A stretch of DNA of 31,597 nucleotides from Ancylonema sp. Its lineage: Eukaryota. The notes beneath the pieces are model-generated. The model had not been told where the DNA came from. It saw only the letters and a program-made list of their open reading frames with translations, and did not search any database. The position numbers were made by a program, and so were the translations under genes. Where the stretch lies: assembly GCA_050230475.1 (NCBI GenBank), contig JBFLGF010000058.1, positions 62,001-93,597 of the forward strand. The letters are read 5' to 3'. Of this stretch, positions 13,608 to 24,000 are shown piece after piece (the first letter of the stretch is position 1; each line of letters starts with the position of its first letter).

Positions 13608-14679
13608 CTTACGGCTGCTAACCTTGATAGTCTGCTCCATTACTTTATAGTATTTTCACAGACTTTTGTGCTGTAAACCATCTCTTAGCTCGCCCTCGGC
13701 GTTAAGTAGTGAATTGTTAAGTAGTGAATTTCACCAGACCGCTGAGACGTGTGAGAGATATAATATTGATATCTCAGCAGAGACTCAATCTGCCGACAGC
13801 GGAAGACCTTGATTTCGATAACTAAAAATTTGAAACAAACATTGTGATCATTTTTTTTTTTTTGGGTACATCTTTTGTCTTTCGTGACTACTACTTCATT
13901 GACGATATTCACTTTTCATATCACAATTCAATGATAGACGTTTATAACCATGGACATTGGGTCGAAAGAGCATCAAAAATTGAATATATGTTGAACAAAT
14001 TAACATCTGAGAAAGTTCTGCTTGCCATTACGGGAACAAACATTGGCGCACGTCTAGATGTTACAAACATACAGGACGCAGGAGTGGCAGGAGCACATCC
14101 CTCGTCATCTCACCATTCAGTTGCTTCAAGCGGAGGAGGTGTGGAAAGCTACATTGGCTTTCACACGATACGCGCAACCTAAGACTAAAAAAGTTGATCC
14201 ACCAGCTTACACATTTATGGCACCTCTGTCGGACATTCCGGCAGGATCTGTTCACATTTCTGATGAACAACTTGAAAGAGTGCTGGAAAGACTTATGACA
14301 AAACTTCGAACGACTACAACAATCACGAAGATCGAACGTAACCTGGGGTATTCCATTGATAACCGACCAGACCTTTCACCTTCATGTACCTCGACACCAC
14401 TCTAGTCTGCACCACATAAGGCACCAAACATACCTGATTTTGAAGAACCATACGATGTCAAGAATTACGATGTTATTTCTGTGGACAAACAGGACATACA
14501 ATGACCAACTGTCCACGACGACGGAATTTGTTACTCGACTCACCTCAGGGTGACATACCACTGCCACATGATTACCCTCGACAAGCACAGATGTCACAAC
14601 CACCGATGGCACTCTGTGTAATGGGACCACAAAACACCACACCACTAGTGATCCCTTGCAACGCCAGATTGACAACCAA

Positions 14680-15010
14680 CTCGCATATACCAACCGCTGA
14701 CAACAGTCAATCCATACTCACTATTGGTGGAGAAGCACCTACACTACCAATATTCGATTCGGGTGCAAAGAACGTGACCATTGGTACCAAATTTGCCAAA
14801 CAACTCAATCTTACACCACAAGACCTTGATCCTGGAGAAGAATACGTAACTTCAGATGACAAATACCAACAATCTTTGGGGACCACCAAGAAAGCATACA
14901 CCATCACCATTGGACATGGTAAAAACCAAACTTCGGTTAACGCCAAACTTCATTTGACCACCCTCCGACAAATACGATGTTTTGTTGGGAGTACCTTCCT
15001 GGGACCTGGG
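14680..15010 (+). pseudogene. Retropepsin-like aspartic protease
   Basis: LPIFDSGAKNVTIG catalytic motif; after a frameshift, the YDVLLG motif near 14972-14990. Confidence 0.8.
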
Positions 15011-15753
15011 CAGTACCTTCCTTAATAGGAGGTATTACAAACCCATGGAGCCAACACTTTCACTACCGCGTTGATTGACAAAAAGAGGGTACACATCGTG
15101 CCTCAATTTCAGTAAAATATACTTTGCCACACGCGGCATCGGTGCATTGTCAATACATGAATGAAGGTGTTACTTACACTTTTGCTATCACATTCATGCA
15201 AATTCCGCACGAGGATTTCTTACATTCAACAGAAGAAGCCGACATTCTGACAAAATTTGAGTTTCGTGTCATGGAAGAAGGTGTATACCACGAACCACAA
15301 AATTTTCCAGATGGACCTATCGACAATGAGTACCAACCTCAGATGCAGGAATGGGAAACCAATACCATGGTTTACCTTGCTGCAACCAAACACACAGACA
15401 TTCGTCAAGAACATCGACCACAACTTAATGCAACTGCCAAAACAATGGCACAAGTAAATGAGCACCATGCATTCAACATACTTACAACCTTGCGTATCAA
15501 CAGCGTACTGTATTTGCGCAAGGCCATCGACAAAATAAAAAACCAGCCATTACCACAATGGAACGCATAGAAAGGCATACCGATTCGTGATGCTGTACCA
15601 ATTGACCCATCTTACACATCATGCTTACAACCTAAGGCGCTGCAAGATGGCCTACACATTTGGGAACATATGAAAATTTTTTCACCCTACAGCCTCTCCA
15701 TCAAAGATGACCAGATTGACACAGGTCTGTTCAACAGTTCGGATCCTACATTC

Positions 15754-15888
15754 TGCAGACAATGCGGTTCACGCAACGACGAGAAACATCTCATTTTTTG
15801 TGACGACTGTAACGATGGTTACCACATCTACTGTCTCACACCCCGGCTCAAAATAGTACCTAAAGGTGCATGTTTCTGTCTTGGCCAC
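15754..15888 (+). pseudogene. PHD finger
   Basis: CRQCGSRNDEKHLIFCDDCNDGYHIYCLTPRLKIVPKGACFCLGH fits C4-H-C3 spacing. The last ligand is His and the usual Trp reads Cys (TGT). Confidence 0.92.
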
Positions 15889-15942
15889 CAAGGCGAACGC
15901 TGCTCCTGATACCCAATTTCTAAACTACCATTTCACAACCAC

Positions 15943-16370
15943 GGGGGGGGGGTGAGAGCAACACAATACCACATTGTGACTATATGAGATGATCGACATT
16001 CGGAAATAAGAAAAGAAGAAGTTATGAGGACAACAAAAGAGAGAACTTCAGTTCACAAAGAAGTCAAAGTGTGAAGAATATCATTCCGGGCGGCCGACTC
16101 CAAACAGCACGTCAGCTGTCATGACGCTAGAGATCGCTAAGGCAAAACCCCTCTACGTTAATACTCTGCTATAATGAGAGTATTCGATATAACGATTTGG
16201 TAGAATTAGTACTTTGCTAGAAAAATAGTGAAGTACGAAATTTCTACGACTTGAAAATAACGCGTGGCGTATTTTCCGAAGTCTAGAATCCAGCAGTCTT
16301 CAACAAATAGCTGCGTGTCGATTTTGTTAAAATCACAAGTCCCTTTCGACTTGTCGATAATCCCGGCGAT
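15943..16370 (+). mobile_element. Polypurine tract (G10, 15943-15952) followed by a probable truncated 3' LTR starting TG at 15953
   Basis: Stop codon after the PHD, a short spacer, a G-run, then TGAGAG.. and non-coding sequence with GGGCGG, CACGTCA and TATAAT motifs. No LTR 3' end was found. Confidence 0.55.
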
Positions 16371-16384
16371 TATTTGGAGATCTG

Positions 16385-16948
16385 GTGAAGGACATTCGAG
16401 ATACAACTACACTCATCAAGTCTTTTTTGGGCTTTCCAGCAGTTGCCGACGCATGCAGTTTCGGTAGTACAGCCCACCGTGTTCGATGCATTTGGACAAA
16501 TTGGATATCACCACATGTATTGGAACTGGCTATTCCAGACACACCGGAATTACCACCTTTATCAACCATTCTTGAACCACATCATCGACCTAACAAGGTA
16601 CTTAAAGATGATGAACCACCATTCACTCCAGTTAACGAAATTGGCGAACTACGTCGTGCACTACCGACACTTGTTTCATACCTAGGCAGTTACCAATTTA
16701 CGTTTCAAGGGTACAACCAACCAGGCCCTGGAATGCTTTACAACACGGAGAAACATGACTGGGAGGACGCAAATGTCTGGGAACGTGAGAGACTTATGGG
16801 TTTTGATAATGGAGATACATGTGCACCAGGCATTTCATATAATACCCGGAAAGCAATGGTGGGACGCACAATGGATCGCAATATGGCTAAATGGTTGGGA
16901 GGCATACTCATGGCTATACATGCACTCCCATCTTATAGCCTTGCATAG
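16385..16948 (+). pseudogene. DNMT3-like cytosine-5 DNA methyltransferase, C-terminal half (motifs VIII-X)
   Basis: DACSFGSTAHRVRCIWTN (cf. DNMT3 DA..SAAHRARYFWGN), ERERLMGF (cf. EMERVFGF) and RKAMVGRTMD (cf. RQRLLGRSWS). Confidence 0.88.
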
Positions 16949-17229
16949 GGTACATACCCCACCTTGCCAACCAAAGAAAGGGGTGGGGGCAACTACTCTA
17001 TTCATTCATTATACCACACCCTTCATTACGATTTTGCGACCGATGAATTTTACAACAATAGGAATCACTGGCATCAAACTTCACCTGAGCAACACCAACT
17101 TGCTCAAGATGCTATTCCTATCACTAAATTTATTATTGAGTGAAACCGATAACGAATCAACAACTGTCACCGATGACAACATGATTCCATCCAACCCAGA
17201 TTCACCACTTATAGCTGAGGTGAAACAGA

Positions 17230-18200
17230 TTACATGGAAAATTGGCAATAATCTTTCGGAGGAACAAAAACTTCAAGTTATTGATCTTTTGGAGGAAAAC
17301 CGCGATGTCTTTGAATTTTCTGTGGAAGAATTACTTCCATCCAACAATACTCCTATGGAAATTCCTTTGCAAACAGCCCAACCAATCTTTCAAAACTCTC
17401 ATCGTCTTTCTGACACCGAATGGAGTTTTGTTCGAGAAAACTGTCAAAAGCTTCTCGAACTAGGCATGATCAAAAGTGACAATAACAATTACGCCTCGGC
17501 AACAGTCGTGTTACGCAAGAAGGATGAGAATGGCCAACCAACAAACTTTCGCCAATGTGGTGATTATCGTCCTATCAACAACCAAACCCAACAAGACAAG
17601 TATTAGCTTCCAAGAATTGAGGACACCTTTCAAGACATGAAAGAAGCAAAAATCTTTACTAAATTGGATTTACGACAAGGGTACCACCAGATCCCTATAG
17701 CTGAAACGGACAAATGAAAAACCTCATTTTGGGGAGCTGACCGTTAACTTTATGAATGGAATGTCGTACCATATGGACTAAAGAATGCACCACCATTCTT
17801 CCAACGAACTATGGACATAATTTTGGCAGGCCTTCGCAACTCGCGATGCTACATTGATGACATCAGCAACTCGAGCAATGCTTTCGAGGACCATCTTCAA
17901 CACCTTCGACAAGTCTTCCATCGTCTTCGGCAGTTCAAGTTGAAATGTCATCCAGGTAAGTGCTTATTCTTTGCAGATGAAATGGATTTTTTAGGCCATA
18001 AGATCTTTAGGAAAGGTATAGCACCACAAGATGAGAAAACCAGAGCCATTAAGGATATGCCGACACCAAAGGATATTCATCAACTTCGCGCTGCTCTAGG
18101 GTTGTTCTCATATTACCGCAAGTTCGTTCCACACTTCTCCGCGTTTGCTTCCCCACTCAACGGACTTCTGAAAAGGGATGTCAAATGGCATTGGGACGAA
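17230..18200 (+). pseudogene. Ty3/gypsy reverse transcriptase
   Basis: RQCGDYRPIN, KY*LPRIED, FTKLDLRQGYHQI, PYGLKNAP, YIDD, FLGHKI, LGLFSYYRKFV. In-frame stops at about 17604, 17715 and 17745. Confidence 0.96.
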
Positions 18201-18229
18201 ACTCAGTTTTGTCCCAATGGCTGAAAAGG

Positions 18230-18680
18230 CTGTTCAAGAAACAACCTTTTCCGAACTTAAGCAGGCACTCTGTTCAGAGCCAGTACTTCGCAGACCAGAT
18301 ACCAATAAACCATACTTGTTAGCAACCGACTGGAGTGCACATGGTTTAGGTGCCGTTTTGAGTCAGACAGATGAGGATGGTACCGAATATGCGGTAGCAT
18401 TTGCTAATCGCAGTTGTAACAATGCGGAACGAAATTACACCAGCTTCCACGGGGAGTGTCTTGCTGTGATCTGGGCGGTGCAACATTTTCGGAAATTCTT
18501 GTTTGGTAAACCATTTACCCTCATTACCGATCAATCACCCCTCAAATGGATCGTGACAACCACCAAACTCACCGGCAAACTTGCACGTTGGGCACTCTTA
18601 CTTCAAGAGTATGAATTTGAAGTGATTCATCGCCCCGGTGTTGCAAACTCTAATGCCGACGGGTGCAGTCGTTATCCACT
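18230..18680 (+). pseudogene. Ty3/gypsy RNase H
   Basis: LATDWSAHGLGAVLSQ..ECLAVIWAVQHF..ITDQSPLKW..RWALLLQEY..ADGCSR. Confidence 0.95.
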
Positions 18681-18906
18681 ACCAGAGACAGCCACTGACA
18701 ACCATGAGGTTGAAACCTTAGGGGAGAAAACACCATGCTACTACATGCAGACCTCACCTACGGGGCACAGTCCACCATCATACTTTTTGAGTTTTCACCG
18801 AGGTGCACCACAACCAGAGGATGTTAAAGTGGACATTTGGGACGATAATGCCACAATGACACTTCTCAAAACTCATACATACCTACCAGACTTGACACCA
18901 CAAAAA

Positions 18907-20030
18907 TGTCATAGCGCTGCAGCTGCCCCGGGTCATAGTAGAACTCCTCGGAGGCAGCGTCGAAGTGCATCGCATGGAACTCGACGGGGAGTGAGAGCGC
19001 CGAAGTTTTCATGTTGTCCAGAAACCACTCCCTATCCCCCCCCCCCCCTTAGACCACACACCTCTTTTATTTGATTGAGAGTGGGGTCTGATCCCTACGG
19101 GATAGAGTCGAAGGCCAGAATCGCCCCAAACCACTGGATGACGTGGCGATCGATGATCCAAAAGCGTCGTCACCTGTGAGAAGGGCCACCGAGCTGGGGA
19201 TCGACGATGCCAATCGAGGGATCTCCCAAGAAGGCACGGATCAGTTTGTCCGCGTCCGGCACCGCCTTGTCTGCGTTTTCGTCGATGCAAACGTTCTCTA
19301 GGAGGTAGATCACTAGTCGGCCACGGTGCTCCGTCTGACACCAGTTTATGATGCGGCACAGGTCAAGAAAAACTTGGAAACGGGTGTCGCACTGACCTCT
19401 CCCAAGGCCTGCTCTTTTGATTGGTTGACGGGGGAAACCGGCTGCCACCATGTCGATGGGGCCACGCTTGGTTGTAAGGTTGACGAGGTCCATAGGGCCG
19501 ATCTGTCGGATGTCTTGTGGCAGTCGTTTGTCGATCCCCTAGATCGCAGATGGAGATAGAAGGTGTGGATGAAGGGCGTGCAGCTTGGCCACCACAACAC
19601 GAGCCACGACATGCACATCTGGAGAGATGTCCACAGAGGTGTCGGTTTTGATGGGGATGCCGTTGTCGACACAACGCATCAGGTTGGGGCAGCCCGAGCC
19701 CCCCATGAAGTCCACCACGTGCACTCCCTCCTTCACCTGTTGCACGACTAGTTGGATGTCTTGGCAGATAGGGCTAGCCAGATTGAGTTCTAGGCCATTC
19801 CACACCACAATTGTAGGCTTTTGCCTCTTCGTTTGCTTCTTGGCCGAAGTCTTCCGATCCAGGTGCGCCTCTACCTAGCCTCCCCGAAGGATTTGGTGAT
19901 GGCTGCACGCTAGGAAAGCTTGGCAAGGGTCTGCTCCTCTAGGGACCAGCTGCCTTTAGTGAGAGGAGGTCCCGGCTCTGGGATGATGTCCCGTCTCCGT
20001 CTGGCTCTACTCAGCGATCCAGAGCGAGCT
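18907..20030 (-). mobile_element. Fragment of a second DNMT-carrying gypsy element (PR-DNMT linker, DNMT and downstream linker)
   Basis: Contains the DNMT listed next. The sequence before motif I (VWNGLELNLASPI..VKEGVHVVD) aligns by eye with the + element (WNA*KGIPIRDAVPI..LQDGLHIWE). Confidence 0.75.
19110..19730 (-). pseudogene. Cytosine-5 DNA methyltransferase (motifs I-VIII and the end of X), inactivated
   Basis: Motif I VVDFMGGSG, II SVDIS, III QDI, IV DMVAAGFPRQ (Cys to Arg), VI YLLENV, VIII GPSHR*RRFW, then IDRHVIQWFGAIL. Stops at 19539-19541 and 19170-19172. Confidence 0.92.
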
Positions 20031-20480
20031 TATAAGCTTTTGAGTGATTAGACGTGCCGGAATAATTAGGTGGGCGACAAAACGAACCGTACGCAAAAGG
20101 ATCTCTATCACTGTTGATCACCGAGACAGGAGTTGCGTGTGTGGAACGAATTAATATTGTGATTGCATCGGGGATGGTAATACCCGATGCGCTTTACAGA
20201 TTGTTGCGTGCCGACGGTCGGCACAATTGACCGTCGGCCTATCATTGACTGACAGCTCTTCTACATGTCAACGGCACATGCCGGACATTTCTGACACGAC
20301 TAAACTAGCCAGTCACGACGCTCGACCAAATAACGTCTTAAGCGTCGGAAACATGTCAGGTGCCCGGGCACAAACTTGCCCCCGCATACAGAGGCACATC
20401 TAGATATTGCTCCCGGTTAGAGTAACCGGTCACAACTGGACTAGCACGCATATCATATGGCTATCCAAAATATTCTAACA
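20031..20480 (-). repeat. Copia 3' LTR (450 bp)
   Basis: Direct repeat of 26133-26601. The minus strand reads TGTTAGAAT...AAGCTTATA and is preceded by the PPT CGAGGGGGTG (20481-20490). Confidence 0.95.
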
Positions 20481-21039
20481 CACCCCCTCGGATGCCATGC
20501 TACAGTTGGCATAGATGCAGACATCACAAGGAGTACCCAAGTCATTGCCAAAACATGGCAGAACCATTGCATAACATATAAACAAGTTTGGTCTTCCCTA
20601 GCATAAAAATGTGCTAGGGGATCTATGCCCTATCGATAAATGCAGCCGTTCGGAAGCCGATCGGAACTTCATGAAGCCGAACGCTCCAGAACCTTAGTCG
20701 TTTTTCAGGCCGAAGCCCAGAACAAACAAACAAATACCACAAGTTAGGCGAAAAACAAAAAAACTTATGAAAATATTTTTGATTTTTTAACTTTTTCAAC
20801 TTCACGATTCTGAACAACTTCACGATTATGAAACAAAATCTCAATCTCAAAACAGCATAACTTCAAAATTACAAGTCCTCTCAGCACCAACAAGTTTTGC
20901 AACAATGAAGGACATACATTCGAAAATTCAGAACAAACTGACAAGTTTAAAGTTGAGCAGATTCACACTTTCTGATTTTAAAGTGTCCTTAAGCGTTTTC
21001 AAGTGTCTTTGCAAGGTATTAAGGTAAGAGTGTGACTTA

Positions 21040-24000
21040 GCTGGATCAGCTGAAGTTGGTGTACCCTCCCCATTACTTCTGTCTGAAAAGAAACATAACA
21101 ACACACCCCCTGCCAACATGCATGGCATTCGAAACCTTCGATCATAAAAATAAAAGAAAAGACTGACACCCCCAGTTCAGTATAACCGTCCAAAACCTAG
21201 ACTTTTGCTGTGTCTGTCCAGTAAAAACTTGGAGAGCTCGTTAGTTAGCATATCTGCTGGCACATATTTTAGTCTCCCCGTGCTGTGGCATTCCCGTACC
21301 TGCTGTCAGCAGACTCTCCGATATACCACATTAAAATGTGCTTTCTGTCTTTGCACAGGATTCTGGATCATGGAGAGAGGGTTGAGTCAGTGTGGTGATT
21401 TGGTGTGGGAATTTGAGTTCTTTCAAGACTTTAGATAACAGCATTCTTTAGACACACTACAGGCAGCGATATACTCAGCCTCAGCAGTGCTCTGTGGCAA
21501 CAGTTGACTGTTTCTGTGTGACTTCCAACTCAGTGCTGTCCCACCAACCGTGGTTACCCATCCAGTGACTGACTTCCCTGTCATGCTACAACTGTTCCAT
21601 GATGCATCGCAGTAAAACCCTCAAATATGTCCCCACATCCGCCCCACAAACGTCAGTCCGTGGTTGACAGTCCCCTTAAGGTATCTGAATAGTTGATGTA
21701 AGGCCCTTATGTGTGCAGTCCCAAGGATTCCCCATGTGTTTTGCCAGTACCCCCAAGTGCATACCCGATGTCCAGTCTGGTTTGTTTCATGGCATATATG
21801 AGTGATCCCACTTTTCCCCGAAAGTCTGTTATTTCTTCAGGGGTAGGGGGAAGAGTTGGTTCATCATTCTGTGAAATTTGAGTTCCAGGGGTAAGGGGAG
21901 TTTGGTTGGATTACACTTTGTCATCCCATAACGTTCCAGAACTCCCCTTAAGAACCCTGACTGTCCCAGTGTGAGCACCCCTCTGTCTATCCCTCTTCAC
22001 TTCCACCCCCAGGATATGGGTTAGGGAACCCAGATCCTTAACTTTGAACTTTTTACCCAGATCTTCTTTAAAATTTTTGACGACCATTGCGTTAGGACCT
22101 GTGATCACCTGATCATCTACATGTATTCCCAGTATGATTCTGCTCTCTGCGTCCCCCCTCATATATATACATGTGTCCATTACGCACTGTTTAAACCCTT
22201 CAGATATCATAAATTTTCTGAACATTTCCTGCCATACGTGGCTCCTCTGTTTTAGACCGTATAAAGCCCCCTTAAGTCGTAAGACCTTGCCCTCAGCACC
22301 CCCATTGATATACATACGTGGTGGTATTTTCATGTAAACTTCTTCTTACAGACGTCCATGCAGGAACGCTGTGATTACGTCCATCTGTTTCCCAGTCATA
22401 TTGGTTTGCTATAGAGAGGAGTAGGGTGATAGATGTACTTCGATTACTGGTGCAAATACCTTCGTTATAGTCAATACCCTCTTGCTGTAAGAATCCCTGT
22501 GCGACCAGTCTGACTTTATATCTTTCTATATCCCCCGTGGTGTTGTTTTGACCTTAAACACATATCTGCACCCCACAGCCTTTTTACCTGGAGGAAGCAC
22601 ACACACCTCAAAGGTGTTGAACGTCTCCAGGGAGGGCTGCTAACTCCTCCACAATGGCCCTGTCCCACTGGTCCCAGTCTCGCCTCATCATCGCATGGTT
22701 GATGAGTGGCTCGGAGGAGTTGCTGTTAGATGCTACGCACGCGTAGCCCGGATCCACAGGACCGAAGCCAGTGTAAAAACTGTTGGGCTCCCACTCAGTC
22801 GCTGAGTAGTTGGCGTGTGCTGCGTCATCAAACTCCTCCCCATCACATCACATGAGGTCCCCATACTCCGCAAAGTTGGCTCGCCTCCTGGCCATCACCC
22901 GATCTGCTACACTGCCAGGCTCCCCCACATCTGGGTTCGCACCCCCTCCTTGCACCTCCTCCTCCCCTGCATCTCCACCTCCTGCGTTGTTGATCCCTGA
23001 TTGGCTGTCAGACAGCACAATCGTGGCGTTAGGGACCTCAGCAGCTTGTGGCTGGAAGTTGTCGTGCGGATAGTCGATGGCAGCTGCTGGCTCAGGGACT
23101 GCTGGTTCTGCTGGTGCTGGGATTGGCTGCAGAACTGCTGGCATCGGTTGCAGAACTGCTGCTGCTGGCATGTTGGGGTGGACTGCTGCTGCTGGCATGT
23201 TGGGGTGGACTGCTGCTGCTGGCACAACTGCTGCAGCTGGTTCATCTTCAGGGTCGGTGAAAAGGTAGAAAAAGTGTTTTTCTGCTGCCTCCTGAATCTG
23301 GGGAGCTCTCCCCCCCATCAGCTTCGGGTACCCCGGCACCTCCTCAAAGAACCTCACGTCCATGCGTGATATCACCCCAGCTCTATGGGGGTCGAAAACA
23401 TTGTAGCCTGCACTCCCCGCAGCCATCCCCAGAAACACACCAAAGCAAGTACGAGGGGGGGCAAACTTGTCCTGACTGTTCTTTTCCCCCCCAACCTTCA
23501 AATATTGGACCAGACACCCGAAATTATGACTTTTAGTAACTGTCATTCTCTTCCCCTCCCAGACCTCAATTGGAATTTTCCCAGAAAGCGACTTAGTGGG
23601 TGTTCTATTCCTCAACCAGTTTGCATGTAACAATGCCACGTCCCAATAAGACTTCGGTAGACCTGACCAGATTAAGATGCATCGCATTTTTTCTGTCAAT
23701 GTTCGGTTCAGTCTTTCACAGATTCCGTTTTGTTCAGGACTATATGCTTCTGTGGTTTGTTTATCAATACCCTTCCCCCCACAGTAGTTTATCCAGTCCT
23801 GAGACATATACTCCCCTCCCTTATCTGTCCGAATAGACTGTAGGGGCGACCTCGACTGGACCTCGAGCAATTGTATAGTGACTCTTGCTCGGTTCAGTGC
23901 TTCATCCATTGTTTTTAACAAACTCACAAATGACAGACGTGTGGATACCTCTATCCCTGTCTGAGCATATGTATACCCTCCGTTAGCTGACCTGACAGAC

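Larger units (their letters stand above)
13900..18906 (+). mobile_element. Decayed Ty3/gypsy retrotransposon carrying a DNA methyltransferase (gag-like, PR, DNMT, RT, RNase H); truncated before integrase and internally rearranged
   Basis: Co-oriented domain remnants listed separately, with several stops and frameshifts. The left boundary is uncertain. Confidence 0.85.

Noticed and set aside
15670..16948. Host chromatin gene (PHD plus DNMT)
   Set aside because: No intron structure is evident, it is embedded between retroviral protease and RT, and PHD and DNMT are separated by a stop, a PPT and LTR-like DNA.
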